The notes under the pieces: model-generated
Told to the model about the DNA's origin: nothing
Seen by the model: the letters and a program-made list of their open reading frames with translations, nothing else
Database searches by the model: none
Shown: positions 10,436 to 20,111 of the stretch, piece by piece
How positions within the stretch are numbered: the first letter of the stretch is position 1
Layout of the letters: the number at the start of each line of letters is the position of its first letter
Made by a program: the position numbers and the translations under genes
Assembly: GCA_963805945.1 (NCBI GenBank)
Contig: CAWDVP010000006.1
Span: 384,001-448,000 of the forward strand
Direction: 5' to 3'
DNA length: 64,000 bases
From: Vulcanimicrobiota bacterium
Lineage (GTDB): Bacteria; Vulcanimicrobiota; Vulcanimicrobiia; Eremiobacterales; Eremiobacteraceae

Positions 10436-11112
10436 GCTTCGCGCACTTGCGCTATGGTTTTGTCGGGCGCGTTCGTGCCGAAGATGCCGGCGCCCATCAC
10501 CACCGTGTCGGCTCCCGCGCGCCGCACTGCCGCGACGTTGTCGAGCGTGATCCCGCCGTCGACCTCGAGCTCGATCGCAAGTCCGCGTTCGTCGATGATC
10601 TTGCGCGCGGCGGCGATCTTGGCGGTCGACGTCGGCAGATACGATTGGCCGCCGAAGCCGGGGTTGACGCTCATGATGAGCAGCAGGTCGATGTACGGCA
10701 GGATGTCGTCGAGCACGACGAGCGAGGTCGCCGGATTCACCGAGAGGCCGGCGCGCACGCCGAGCTCTTTGATCTGATGGATGAGCCGCTGCGCGTGCAC
10801 GCTCGCCTCCCAATGCACGGTCACGATGTCCGCGCCGGCCTTCACGAAGTCGGCGACGTAGCGCTCCGGCTCGACGATCATGAGGTGCGTGTCGAAGGTC
10901 AGCGACGACAGCGGCCGCAGGTCGGCGATGATCTTCGGCCCCCAGGTGATGTTCGGCACGAAACGGCCGTCCATGACGTCGAGATGCAGATAGTCCGCAC
11001 CGGCGCCCTCGACGAGCGCGATCTGCGAGCGGATATCGGCGAAATTCGCCGACAGCAAAGACGGCGCGATCTTGACGCCGCCGCGCGGCGCGCCGTTGCC
11101 TCGTGGTGCCAT
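10423..11112 (-). CDS. rpe: Ribulose-phosphate 3-epimerase
   Basis: IAPSLLSANF, HLDVMDGRFVPNIT, DTHLMI, MSVNPGFGGQ, EVDGG. Confidence 0.96.
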   Translation of the reverse strand: MAPRGNGAPRGGVKIAPSLLSANFADIRSQIALVEGAGADYLHLDVMDGRFVPNITWGPKIIADLRPLSSLTFDTHLMIVEPERYVADFVKAGADIVTVHWEASVHAQRLIHQIKELGVRAGLSVNPATSLVVLDDILPYIDLLLIMSVNPGFGGQSYLPTSTAKIAAARKIIDERGLAIELEVDGGITLDNVAAVRRAGADTVVMGAGIFGTNAPDKTIAQVREACAR

Positions 11113-11146
11113 GGATTCAGCGTTCTCGCCCGCTGCAGCAGTTTCC

Positions 11147-11647
11147 TCAGTTGCCTACGGCTATCGTGACCTTATTGGAAAGACCGCCAGAAGGCCGATA
11201 CTTCGCGACGATAGTGTAGGTGCTTGGCTGGGTGATCCGGTAACGCCAGAAAGAAATGGGAATGAAGGCCGAGCTCTCACCCGGTGCCGCTTCGGTGAGG
11301 GTTTGACCGGCCGGAAGAACGTATGGCTGACCATTCGATCGCACCGGATGGTCGACGAGGCCAGCATCAACTCTAAGGGCGCCGCCCTGCGCATCTGTGA
11401 TTATGAGCCGCACGCTGGTCGGAGCCAGACCGGCGTTAGACGTACCGATGGGGTTGTTTGAGACGTTGTGCACCTGCACCCGAACGCGCGGGTCATCACC
11501 CACTCTGTAGGCTAACCGGTCTGTTGACAGCGTGATCTGCAGTGCCTCCGAGTGTGTGCTCGCCTGCATGACCTGCTCAGCCGATCCTCTCGTAGCAGAC
11601 ATCAAGAGGATCATATAGGTGGCGCCGAGCCATAGCGGCTTTATCAT
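11147..11647 (-). CDS. Hypothetical exported protein, probably a beta-sandwich/Ig-like fold
   Basis: N-terminal hydrophobic signal-like segment and beta-rich pattern (LQITLSTDR..VRVQVHN..YTIVAKY). TGATG overlap with the PASTA gene; visibly more A/T-ending codons than neighbours. Confidence 0.6.
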   Translation of the reverse strand: MIKPLWLGATYMILLMSATRGSAEQVMQASTHSEALQITLSTDRLAYRVGDDPRVRVQVHNVSNNPIGTSNAGLAPTSVRLIITDAQGGALRVDAGLVDHPVRSNGQPYVLPAGQTLTEAAPGESSAFIPISFWRYRITQPSTYTIVAKYRPSGGLSNKVTIAVGN

Positions 11648-12759
11648 CAGAGCGGGGTCGTCGTCACCAGCGTGCCGTCGACGTAGGTCTGGATCGTTCC
11701 CGCGCCCGTCACCGTCACGTCGAACGACAGCGTGAAGCCGCCTGCCGTCGTCTGATCGTAGAGATCGCGCGATCCGGTGGCATCCACGAGCGCCACGCGC
11801 ACGCGTTTCGGAGTCTTGGAGCTGGGGAGTTCCACCGCGACCCGCAGCGAGCGCGCGCTCGGTGCGACCGTCGGTGAAGCGGTCGCCGCGGGCTGTTCCG
11901 TCGCCGCCGGCGTCGGCGAGCTCGCGGGCGATGGCGTATCGGTCGCGATCGGCTCCACGGTCGGTATCGGCGTCGCCGTCGCCGGCGGGCCGCCGCTCAC
12001 TTGCAACTGGATCTTCTGCCCGGCGAGCGGCTGGCCCGGCAGCGGATCCTGCGAGATGACGATGTCCTTGGGCTTGGCGTTCTTGGCGATCGGCAGCACG
12101 ATCGGCAGCGCCAGCGAGATGCCCGCTTGCTTCGCCGCCGACTGCGCGAACGCAAGACTCAACCCGACGAAGTTCGGCACGTACGATTCCGGACGTCCCG
12201 CCGCGACCGTGACGTCGACCTTCGAGCCTGACGGCGCGCTGGCGAACGCATCCGGATGCTGCGACAGGATGCGCCCGGCGGGCACCGCGGTGTTGTGCTC
12301 GGTCGTGACGGTGCCAAGTTCGAAGCGTGCGTTGCCGATCGCGACTTCGGCATCGCGCAACGACATGTTCGAAAGATTGGGGACCTCGCCGCTCGACGGA
12401 CCGTCAGACACGATCACTTCGACCACCCGGCCCTCGCGGACGTGCTCGCGGGCCGCGGGGAACTGCCCCACCACCTCGCCTTTGGCGACGCGGTCGTCCG
12501 GACGGTGCGCGATGACCCGCAGGCTGACGTGCGCCGCCGCGGCGGCGCGCTGCGCGTCGTCGAGCTGCTGGTGCGAGAAATCGGGCAATTCCACGGGGTT
12601 GCCCGAGGGCACGAGCATGCGGTACGCCGTCAGCGCGACGAGCGCGACGATCAGCGCGAGGACGCCGATCGCCATCGGCAGCGCATACGACCGGTCGACG
12701 CGTGCGGGAGCTTGTCGTACCGGCTGCCGAGGGCGCCGGCGAGGAGGCCCGCCGCTCAC
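11647..12759 (-). CDS. PASTA-domain membrane protein without a kinase domain
   Basis: One TM helix, three PASTA-like repeats (LPDFS, VPNLS, VPNFVG...QDP), a Pro/Thr/Ser-rich linker and a C-terminal beta domain. Confidence 0.85.
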   Translation of the reverse strand: MSGGPPRRRPRQPVRQAPARVDRSYALPMAIGVLALIVALVALTAYRMLVPSGNPVELPDFSHQQLDDAQRAAAAAHVSLRVIAHRPDDRVAKGEVVGQFPAAREHVREGRVVEVIVSDGPSSGEVPNLSNMSLRDAEVAIGNARFELGTVTTEHNTAVPAGRILSQHPDAFASAPSGSKVDVTVAAGRPESYVPNFVGLSLAFAQSAAKQAGISLALPIVLPIAKNAKPKDIVISQDPLPGQPLAGQKIQLQVSGGPPATATPIPTVEPIATDTPSPASSPTPAATEQPAATASPTVAPSARSLRVAVELPSSKTPKRVRVALVDATGSRDLYDQTTAGGFTLSFDVTVTGAGTIQTYVDGTLVTTTPL

Positions 12760-13517
12760 GCGAGGGCTTCGAGCACGGCGGTCGGGATGTCGGCGTTGGA
12801 AAAGACGCGGGTCACGTCGTCGTGATCCTCGAGCGCATCGAGCAGCTTGAGGACGGCAGGGGCTTCGGCCGCCGTCACCGTCACCGCGTTCTTAGGCACC
12901 AGTTCGAGCGTCGCAGAGGTGAGCGAAAGTGAGTGCGGCTGCAGCAGCGTGCGCTCGATGATCCCGCGCACCTGGCCAAGCGCCTGCGCGTGCGTGATGA
13001 TGTCGGCGCTGTCGCCCTCGGCCTGCACGTCGACGACCCCGTCGACGACGGCGCACTCAAGGAGTTCTTCTTCTGTGATGCCAGTGATGGGGACGACGAT
13101 GACGCCGCGCTCCTCGAACTGCCAGCCCACGGAGCCGGTCTCGCCGAGGTTGCCGCCGTTGCGCGAGAAGACGTAACGCATCTCCGATGCGGTCCGGTTG
13201 CGGTTGTCGGTCACCGCGTCGACGACCACCGCCACGCCGCTCGGGCCGAAGCCCTCGTAGCGCATCTCTTCGAGCGCGTCGCCCTTGCCCGCGCCGCCGG
13301 CGCGCGCGATCGCGCGCTTGATGTTCTCCATCGGCATGTTGTTGTCGCGCGCGTTTGCGACCGCCATCTTCAGCTTGAAGTTCGCCTCGGGATCGGGTGA
13401 CCCGGCGCGCGCGGCGACGATGATCTCTTTGCTCAGCTTGGTGAAGAGCTGGCCCCGCTGGGCGTCCACCTTGCCCTTCTTCAGCTTGATGTTATGCCAC
13501 TTGGAGTGACCCGACAT
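12756..13517 (-). CDS. YebC/PmpR family protein
   Basis: MSGHSKWHNIK, YEGFGPSGVA, TDNRNRT, GGNLGETGSV, LEDHDDV. Confidence 0.96.
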   Translation of the reverse strand: MSGHSKWHNIKLKKGKVDAQRGQLFTKLSKEIIVAARAGSPDPEANFKLKMAVANARDNNMPMENIKRAIARAGGAGKGDALEEMRYEGFGPSGVAVVVDAVTDNRNRTASEMRYVFSRNGGNLGETGSVGWQFEERGVIVVPITGITEEELLECAVVDGVVDVQAEGDSADIITHAQALGQVRGIIERTLLQPHSLSLTSATLELVPKNAVTVTAAEAPAVLKLLDALEDHDDVTRVFSNADIPTAVLEALA

Positions 13518-13521
13518 GCGC

Positions 13522-14256
13522 TTACGCCTGCGGCCGCTGCGCGGCCAACGCGGGGTTGAGCGACATGCCGAAGCGCAGCCGCAGGATATCGCGGATGGTC
13601 CGCAAGATGACCATCGGCGTCGCGCCCTTCGAGGCGCCCGTCGTGCGCGGATAGTGGTGCACGCCCACCTCGCTCACCGCGACGCCGCGCCGTTTCAGCT
13701 TGATGAGCAGCTCCGAGCTGATGAAGGCGCCGTTGGATTCGAGGTCGAGCCCATCGAGCGCCTCGCGCCGGAACATCTTCCAGGCGCAGTCGATGTCGCG
13801 GACCCGCAGGCCGAACATGGTGAACACCACCAGCCGATAGGTCTTGGCGATGAACAGCCGATGCCACGGATCGTTGCGCTTGATGCGATAGCCGGCGACC
13901 ACCGGCGCCGAGACGGCGAGCGCGAGCGTCGCCGGCAGCTCAGCCAAGTCGAACTGGCCGTCCGCGTCGGAGAAGAATATGAGGTCCTTGGTGGCGCTCG
14001 CGAAACCCGTGCGCAACGCGGCGCCGTAGCCTCTGTTGACACCATGCCGCACGAGCCGGACGTGCGGATCCTGCGCCGCGAGCCGCTCGACGATCGCGGC
14101 GGTGCCGTCGGAGCTGCCGTCGTCGACCACGATGACCTCATAGTCGCGTCCGCTCGCGCGCGCCGCCTCGAGCGCGTTGCCGACGGTGCGCTCGATGATG
14201 CCCTCTTCGTTGAACGCCGGGAAGAATATCGAGAGCGAAGGTCGCACGTCGGCCAT
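13522..14256 (-). CDS. Glycosyltransferase family 2 (polyprenol-phosphate glycosyltransferase-like)
   Basis: LSIFFPAFNEE, VVDDGSSDGT, NRGYGAA, FSDADGQF, DIDCAWK. Confidence 0.9.
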   Translation of the reverse strand: MADVRPSLSIFFPAFNEEGIIERTVGNALEAARASGRDYEVIVVDDGSSDGTAAIVERLAAQDPHVRLVRHGVNRGYGAALRTGFASATKDLIFFSDADGQFDLAELPATLALAVSAPVVAGYRIKRNDPWHRLFIAKTYRLVVFTMFGLRVRDIDCAWKMFRREALDGLDLESNGAFISSELLIKLKRRGVAVSEVGVHHYPRTTGASKGATPMVILRTIRDILRLRFGMSLNPALAAQRPQA

Positions 14257-14258
14257 GG

Positions 14259-17200
14259 TCAGATCCAGCCGATGCAGTCTTGCTTCTGGTCGGGCGCGCA
14301 GCCGCTCGGCAGCCACATGTGGTTCTTCCACGTCTCGTAGCGGATGGGCACCGCGCCGAGGATCGGATAGAAGTAGGCGAACATCACGATGCATAGCACC
14401 ACGTATGTGGGTATCGCCCAGCGCACCGCCCGCGGCCACGCGGGCTCCGCGTCCGGCCTGTTCGCCCAGCGCCACAAGCATAGCAGCGCGTAGGTGGTGC
14501 ATAGGCACACGAGCGCGGTGTTGTTGTAGATGTTGTATTGGAAGTCCACGCGCGGCGACCCGACCCAGGGCAGCCAGTGCAAGAACATCGCGGCGACGAC
14601 GATCAGCATTCCCTTGTGGCGTTGGCGCCACGCCAAGAACATCGAGACCGGCACCGTGATGAGCCCCGCCAGCCACACCGAAGGATTGGGCAGCGCGGTC
14701 ACCTCGCCGACGATCTGCACCGGATCCCCGACATGGGTGAAAGTGTGATAATAGTACGCCACCGGACGCACGTCGAGCGGCCACACCCACCACGGCGAGC
14801 CATAGATATGCGTCGCCTTGAGATCGTGGTGATACGCGTACATGCTGTGCTGCATGTTCAGCATGTCCTGGAACGTCCGGCCGATGCTGAAGTACGGGAT
14901 ATAGGTCAGCACGTACAGCGCGAACCCGAGGAACAAGATGCCGGCGAGCAGCAGCGGCAGCCGCGGACCCAGCGGATTGCCCCACAGCAGACGGCGCGGC
15001 AGGTCGACATCAAGCTTGAGGCTGTGGTCGCGCCAGCGCCAGTAGACCGGCAAGAATCCTTGCATCGTCACGAGCAGCGCGGCGAGCATGATCGTGGCGA
15101 GATCGAAGATGCCGTACCATTTGCACGCGGTGACGGCCCCCAGCGAGATGCCGGTGAGCACGAGCCACGTGCCCCACTGCTGCTTGTCGAAGAACTGGAC
15201 GCCCGCGACCGCGCCGCGCAGCGTGCCGTCCGCCTGCCAGCGCACCGCGACATCGCCTTCGGTGAGCGCGACGCCGTCCTGCGTGAAGCTCTCCTTCTGC
15301 ACGCCGTCGTCGGAGCTCGCGGCGCGCAGCGGCCGCTGTTGCCCCGAGGCGAAGGTGACCATGCCGCTTTCGACGACCGCGCCGTCGGGATACACCACCG
15401 TACGTCCCTCGCGCCGTTGCATCAAGAGCCGGCGCGCCCAGACGACGCAGAACGCCGCGAGCAACGCCATGAAGCCGAGGTAGATGTGCCACGAGATCTC
15501 CGGCGGGTGCTTGGCGGGATCGTAATACGCCACTTCGAGCGCGATGAACACGACGAGCGCCACGAACACGCCCACCGTGGCCCAATTCGAGGCGACGTCC
15601 GGATAGCCGCTGTCGCGCCGCACGATCTGGCCGGACGTGAAGAAGCGATACGAGCAATACAGCGCGCAGAGCGAGAACAGCGCGATGAAGATGTCGGGCA
15701 GCGCGGTGCGCGCCTGCACGAAGAAAAATCCGCTGCTCATCAGCAGCAGCGACGCGACGACGGCGGCGCCGGTGGACGAGAACAGGCGCTTCGCGAAGGC
15801 GTAGAGCACCGGGATGGTGAGCGTGCCGGCGATGGCGGAGGCGACGCGTGAACTGACCGGGTCGCCGATCTGGTTCTTCACGAAGAAGTCGCCGAAGCCG
15901 ACGCCGTTGCGCACCAGCCACGCGCCGAACGCCGGCAGGAATATCTGGAAGAACCATGACGTCGCCGCCATGCACAGCTTCACCAGCGGCGGGTGCGTCC
16001 ATTCGAAGACGTCCTGGTGCTGCAGATATTCCTGCGCTGAGCGCGCGAAGTAGATCTCGTCGAAGATGCGCTCGTTGGGCGCCGCGATGCGATAGAACAG
16101 CAGCAGCGCCGTCGCAGCGGTGAGGCCGAGGACGATCCAGCGGTCGAGGCGCGTGAGCCCGATGAGCCCCTCGAGCAGCTGCGGCGCGAGCCGCGGCGCT
16201 TTCTTCGCAGGCGGCGCCGTGAGCCAGCCCCGCACCCACACCTCGAGCTCCTCGACGAGATAGATGGCGGCGACCGCGAAGAAGCACAGCACGTTGACCA
16301 GCGACAGCGAGTGGACGAGCAGCGGGTTGAGATCGGCCGCGGGCGTCTTGAGGTAGTACAGCCCGTAGAACAGATTGACGATAAACGTGCTCGCGAGGGC
16401 CAGCGCGACGATGCGCTGCACCGCGCCCAGCGGGCGCGCGAAGACGACGAGCACCACCGCCGGGAAGATATAGCGCTCGTGCATGCGCGTGAGCAGCATG
16501 AAGTAGCCGAGCATGACGAGGAAGCAGGCGAACAAGAAGCTGTTCTCGGCCGTCTCGCGGCTCGCGTCCGAACCGGTCGTGCGCCATTGGCGCAGCGCTA
16601 TCGCCGTGGTGAAGCCGACGAAGATCGCGACGCCCCACGCCCACAGCGGCCCTAGCGCGCGGCCGAAGAGCATGACCGGCAGCAGGTCGGATTGCCAGAA
16701 GTCGTTCTTGACCGAGTAGAGGTTGAAGGCGTTGACCGAATTGTAGGGATAGCCGTCGCGGCCGCGCGCGTACGTGCCGTAGAGCCAATGCAGCAGCGCG
16801 ATGGGCGACTTGTCCGGCGCGAACAGCACCGCGCCCGCGTAGGCGACCGCGACCCCGATGAGCGGGATCGCGAGGAGCCGCCATGTGAGCCCTTGCCGCC
16901 GGATCTGCCATATCAGCAGCAGCGGCGCGATCGCGACCGGATGCGGCTTGATGAGCACCGCGAACGACAGCGCCGCCCACGCCCACTCGTAGCGGCCGGT
17001 GAGCGCGAGGTACATCGCCCAGATCATGAACACGACGGCGACCGAATCGGCCTGTCCCCAGTACGCGGAGAGGAATCCGATGTCGGGATTGAGCGCCGCG
17101 ATGATCGCCGCGCCGACCAGCGCGACCTGCGTCGACCACGAGCGCCGCATGATCAGGTAGACAAGATAGACGATGCCGACATCGGCGAGGATCGCCGGCA

Positions 17201-17591
17201 TCTTCACCGCGACGATGAGCGTGTCGAAGCGATTGGCGAGCGGCACGAGCAGGTGGTGGAAGCCGGCCGCCGCCCACAGGATGAGCATGTAGCCGGGCGG
17301 GTAATCGATGAAGCCCGCATGCGAGTAGAATCCGCCGGGGCCATATTTCGCCAGCGTGAGGAGCCACGATTCGAACGTGCTGATGTCGGCCGAATGGCCG
17401 ACGAGCAAGATCGGAAGCAGCCTTAAAAAGAACGCCGCCGCGCAGAGGGCGGCGATGTTCCTTATCTCTTTGATATCAAGCGGGCCGCCCGGAATGCCGG
17501 GGCCTGACGCAGTGGGCATCGCCGCCTGCGGGCGCCCATCGGCGCCGGCCTTTGCCGCAGCCTTAGACGCGGCGGGATTGCGCTGTGACAC
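14259..17591 (-). CDS. Large lipid-carrier-dependent glycosyltransferase: N-terminal GT-C domain plus C-terminal PMT (protein O-mannosyltransferase-like) domain
   Basis: Many TM helices. N half has DYPPG, WGQADS and MHERY; C half has IFDEIYF, EWTHPPL, ACKW and HIYGSPWWVWP. Confidence 0.82.
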   Translation of the reverse strand: MSQRNPAASKAAAKAGADGRPQAAMPTASGPGIPGGPLDIKEIRNIAALCAAAFFLRLLPILLVGHSADISTFESWLLTLAKYGPGGFYSHAGFIDYPPGYMLILWAAAGFHHLLVPLANRFDTLIVAVKMPAILADVGIVYLVYLIMRRSWSTQVALVGAAIIAALNPDIGFLSAYWGQADSVAVVFMIWAMYLALTGRYEWAWAALSFAVLIKPHPVAIAPLLLIWQIRRQGLTWRLLAIPLIGVAVAYAGAVLFAPDKSPIALLHWLYGTYARGRDGYPYNSVNAFNLYSVKNDFWQSDLLPVMLFGRALGPLWAWGVAIFVGFTTAIALRQWRTTGSDASRETAENSFLFACFLVMLGYFMLLTRMHERYIFPAVVLVVFARPLGAVQRIVALALASTFIVNLFYGLYYLKTPAADLNPLLVHSLSLVNVLCFFAVAAIYLVEELEVWVRGWLTAPPAKKAPRLAPQLLEGLIGLTRLDRWIVLGLTAATALLLFYRIAAPNERIFDEIYFARSAQEYLQHQDVFEWTHPPLVKLCMAATSWFFQIFLPAFGAWLVRNGVGFGDFFVKNQIGDPVSSRVASAIAGTLTIPVLYAFAKRLFSSTGAAVVASLLLMSSGFFFVQARTALPDIFIALFSLCALYCSYRFFTSGQIVRRDSGYPDVASNWATVGVFVALVVFIALEVAYYDPAKHPPEISWHIYLGFMALLAAFCVVWARRLLMQRREGRTVVYPDGAVVESGMVTFASGQQRPLRAASSDDGVQKESFTQDGVALTEGDVAVRWQADGTLRGAVAGVQFFDKQQWGTWLVLTGISLGAVTACKWYGIFDLATIMLAALLVTMQGFLPVYWRWRDHSLKLDVDLPRRLLWGNPLGPRLPLLLAGILFLGFALYVLTYIPYFSIGRTFQDMLNMQHSMYAYHHDLKATHIYGSPWWVWPLDVRPVAYYYHTFTHVGDPVQIVGEVTALPNPSVWLAGLITVPVSMFLAWRQRHKGMLIVVAAMFLHWLPWVGSPRVDFQYNIYNNTALVCLCTTYALLCLWRWANRPDAEPAWPRAVRWAIPTYVVLCIVMFAYFYPILGAVPIRYETWKNHMWLPSGCAPDQKQDCIGWI

Positions 17592-17642
17592 GGCTACTTC
17601 GTTTCTCCCGAGGACGGCGTGAGAACCTGCTCCGTGGCGCGC

Positions 17643-18653
17643 TTACGCGGATGGTGTGCGCCACATACGCACGAAATCGCGCAACGGCGCGAAGCCTTCC
17701 GCGCGGTCCATCGCGCGATCGAAGTAGCCGGCGGCCGAGCGCCTAGCGGCGTCGCGCGCGCCGCAGCGCTCGAGCGCGGCGCGCACCTCTTCTCTATACG
17801 ATGTATCGGCAGCGATGGCAGCGCCCTGCGGTCCGTATGCCTTGCGCAGCAGGTCCCCAGCCCCTTTGGGATCGTGCTGCATCGCCCACACGATCGGAAA
17901 CGTCTGCTTGCGGCGCGCGACGTCGCCGCCATCCGCCTTGCCGGTGCGCTCGCTGCTGCCCCAGATGCCCTCGACGTCGTCGTGGATCTGGAATCCCAGG
18001 CCAAAGGAGCGCGCGACCTCGCCGCAGCGCACGACGTCGGCGTCGCTTGCTCCTACAGAGCTGCGCGCGCCGAGCTTCGCGGCGCAGACGAACAGCGCCA
18101 CGGTCTTGCCCTCGGTCATCGCGAAATAGTCGTCGATCGAAAGCGGCGGCGCGCCCTCCATGGCTAGATCGAGCGCCTGGCCCTCGCACATGCGCACGTG
18201 CGCCTGTGCGAGTTCCTGCGTCAGCGCCTGGATGATGGCCATGCCTGCCGGCGCTTCATGCAGCGCCAAATACGCCAGCGCGCCGATCGCGTCGCCCGCG
18301 TTGATGCCGTGCGCCAGCCCGTACTTGGTCCACATCGTCTCCCGCCCGTGACGCAGTCGATCGCCGTCTTCGATGTCGTCGTGGACGAGCGAATAGTTGT
18401 GCAGCAATTCGATGGCGGCGCAGGCGGGCAACGCGGACTCGAGCTGTGCGCGCAACGATGCGGCTGACGCGAGCACGAGGCGGGGCCGTAGCCTCTTGCC
18501 GCGCCGCGCTGCCGCTTCGCCCACACCGAAATGATAGCCGACCTGCGCGGCAAGCGGCGCCGTTCGGGCATGCGAACGCAAGAACTGATCCAGCCAGCGC
18601 TCGAACGCGGCGAGCGCATCTTCTATCTCCGTGGGCGGGCTATCGCTGCTCAG
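17643..18653 (-). CDS. Polyprenyl synthetase family protein (start uncertain: CTG 18653 or TTG 18581)
   Basis: GKRLRP, ELLHNYSLVHDDIEDGD..RHGR, INAGD, GQALD, GKT, FQIHDD. Confidence 0.9.
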   Translation of the reverse strand: MSSDSPPTEIEDALAAFERWLDQFLRSHARTAPLAAQVGYHFGVGEAAARRGKRLRPRLVLASAASLRAQLESALPACAAIELLHNYSLVHDDIEDGDRLRHGRETMWTKYGLAHGINAGDAIGALAYLALHEAPAGMAIIQALTQELAQAHVRMCEGQALDLAMEGAPPLSIDDYFAMTEGKTVALFVCAAKLGARSSVGASDADVVRCGEVARSFGLGFQIHDDVEGIWGSSERTGKADGGDVARRKQTFPIVWAMQHDPKGAGDLLRKAYGPQGAAIAADTSYREEVRAALERCGARDAARRSAAGYFDRAMDRAEGFAPLRDFVRMWRTPSA

Positions 18654-18654
18654 G

Positions 18655-19512
18655 CTACGCTTCGACTGGGGTCTGCGCCGGGAACCAGCCGCGCAGCTTC
18701 TGCTCGACCTCGTCTGCGAGGAAGCCCGGCGTCGAAGCGCCGGTCGCGATGCCGACGCACTCCGTGCCGTCGAACCATTCGCGCTGCACCTCGCCCGCGT
18801 TCTCCACCAGGTGCGCCACTGCGCCCTCGGCCTCGGAGATCTCAGCGAGATGTCTCGTGTTCGCGGACTTGGACCCGCCGACGACGATCATGACGTCGGC
18901 CTCTCGCGCGAGCTCGCGGGCCGAGAGCTGGCGCCCTTGCGTGTCCGGGCAGATCGTGTTGTAGATGCGCGTCTCGTAGTTGATGGCGGCGATCTTGGCG
19001 ACGAGCTCTTTGAAGCGATCTTCGTTGAGCGTGCTCTGCGAGACGATGGCGATGCGGCGCATGCGCCGAATCTGCGATTCGTCCTCCGGCCATTCGTTGA
19101 GCACCACCGCGCCTGGGACGTGGCCCGCGATGCCCCGCACCTCCGGGTGATTGGGGTCGCCGAGGATGATCACGCTGCGGCCTTCCGCGTGGAGCTTCTC
19201 GGCCAGCTTCTGCGTGCGGGTCACCATCGGACATGTCGCGTCGACGACGCGCAGGCCTTTGGCCTCCGCCTTCTCCAGCGTCTGCGGCGGCAGGCCGTGC
19301 GCGCGCACGAACAGGGTGCCGCTGTCGATGTCGTCGAGCGACTCGGCGTTGCGCAAGCCGCGCTCTTCGAGCTCTTTGACGATGAGGGGGTTGTGGACGA
19401 TGTTGCCCATGCTGTAGACGTCGTCGCGCTCCGACGTCTCGGCCAGCGCCTTCTTGTACGTCAGCTCGACGCCGAAGCAGAATCCCTGGGTTCGGGCCTT
19501 GAGGATCTCCAT
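18655..19512 (-). CDS. ispH: 4-hydroxy-3-methylbut-2-enyl diphosphate reductase
   Basis: GFCFGV, IVHN, RAHG, DATCPMV, HPEV, QST, NTIC, GGSKSANT, GASTP. ATG at 19512 with SD GGAG. Confidence 0.95.
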   Translation of the reverse strand: MEILKARTQGFCFGVELTYKKALAETSERDDVYSMGNIVHNPLIVKELEERGLRNAESLDDIDSGTLFVRAHGLPPQTLEKAEAKGLRVVDATCPMVTRTQKLAEKLHAEGRSVIILGDPNHPEVRGIAGHVPGAVVLNEWPEDESQIRRMRRIAIVSQSTLNEDRFKELVAKIAAINYETRIYNTICPDTQGRQLSARELAREADVMIVVGGSKSANTRHLAEISEAEGAVAHLVENAGEVQREWFDGTECVGIATGASTPGFLADEVEQKLRGWFPAQTPVEA

Positions 19513-19520
19513 CCGTCTCC

Positions 19521-20111
19521 CTACGTCGCGAGGCCGGCGATGCGCTCTGTGAGCTCGTCGGTCCACGCCTCGATTTCGATTTTCGTGGCTTTGCGTTCGC
19601 TTCCCTGGAACGTGATCGGCGCGCCGATGCGCACCTCGACATGGCTGCCGCGCAAGCGCTTCACGGCCTGATCGGTCCGCAGCAGGGCGACGGGCACGAC
19701 CGGGCAGTGCGCGGTGACCGCGAGCAGCACCGCGCCGCCCTTCGCTTTCGCATCGCCGGCCTTGTTGCGCGTGCCCTCGGGGAAGATGCCGACGACGCCG
19801 CCTTCCTTTAGTATGCGCAGCGCGCGGCGGATGGCGCCGATGTCCGCCTCGTTGCGCGACACGGGAAAGGCGTGCACCGCCGAGATAAACCAGCCCAGGA
19901 CGGGGATCTTGAACAGCTCTTCTTTCGCCATGTAATGGACGGTCCGCGGAAACCACGTGCCGAGCAGCGGCGGGTCGAGGAACGAACGATGGTTCGCCGC
20001 CACCACGAGCGGCCCGGTCGCGGGCACGTTCTCGGTGCCGGACACGCTGACCGCGAAGGCGGCTCGCGTCGTCGGGCGCAGCACGCTCTTGCAGAACTCG
20101 TACAGACTCAC
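19521..20111 (-). CDS. plsC: 1-acyl-sn-glycerol-3-phosphate acyltransferase
   Basis: NHRSFLDP, YMAKEELF, FPVSR, IFPEGTR. Confidence 0.92.
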   Translation of the reverse strand: MSLYEFCKSVLRPTTRAAFAVSVSGTENVPATGPLVVAANHRSFLDPPLLGTWFPRTVHYMAKEELFKIPVLGWFISAVHAFPVSRNEADIGAIRRALRILKEGGVVGIFPEGTRNKAGDAKAKGGAVLLAVTAHCPVVPVALLRTDQAVKRLRGSHVEVRIGAPITFQGSERKATKIEIEAWTDELTERIAGLAT

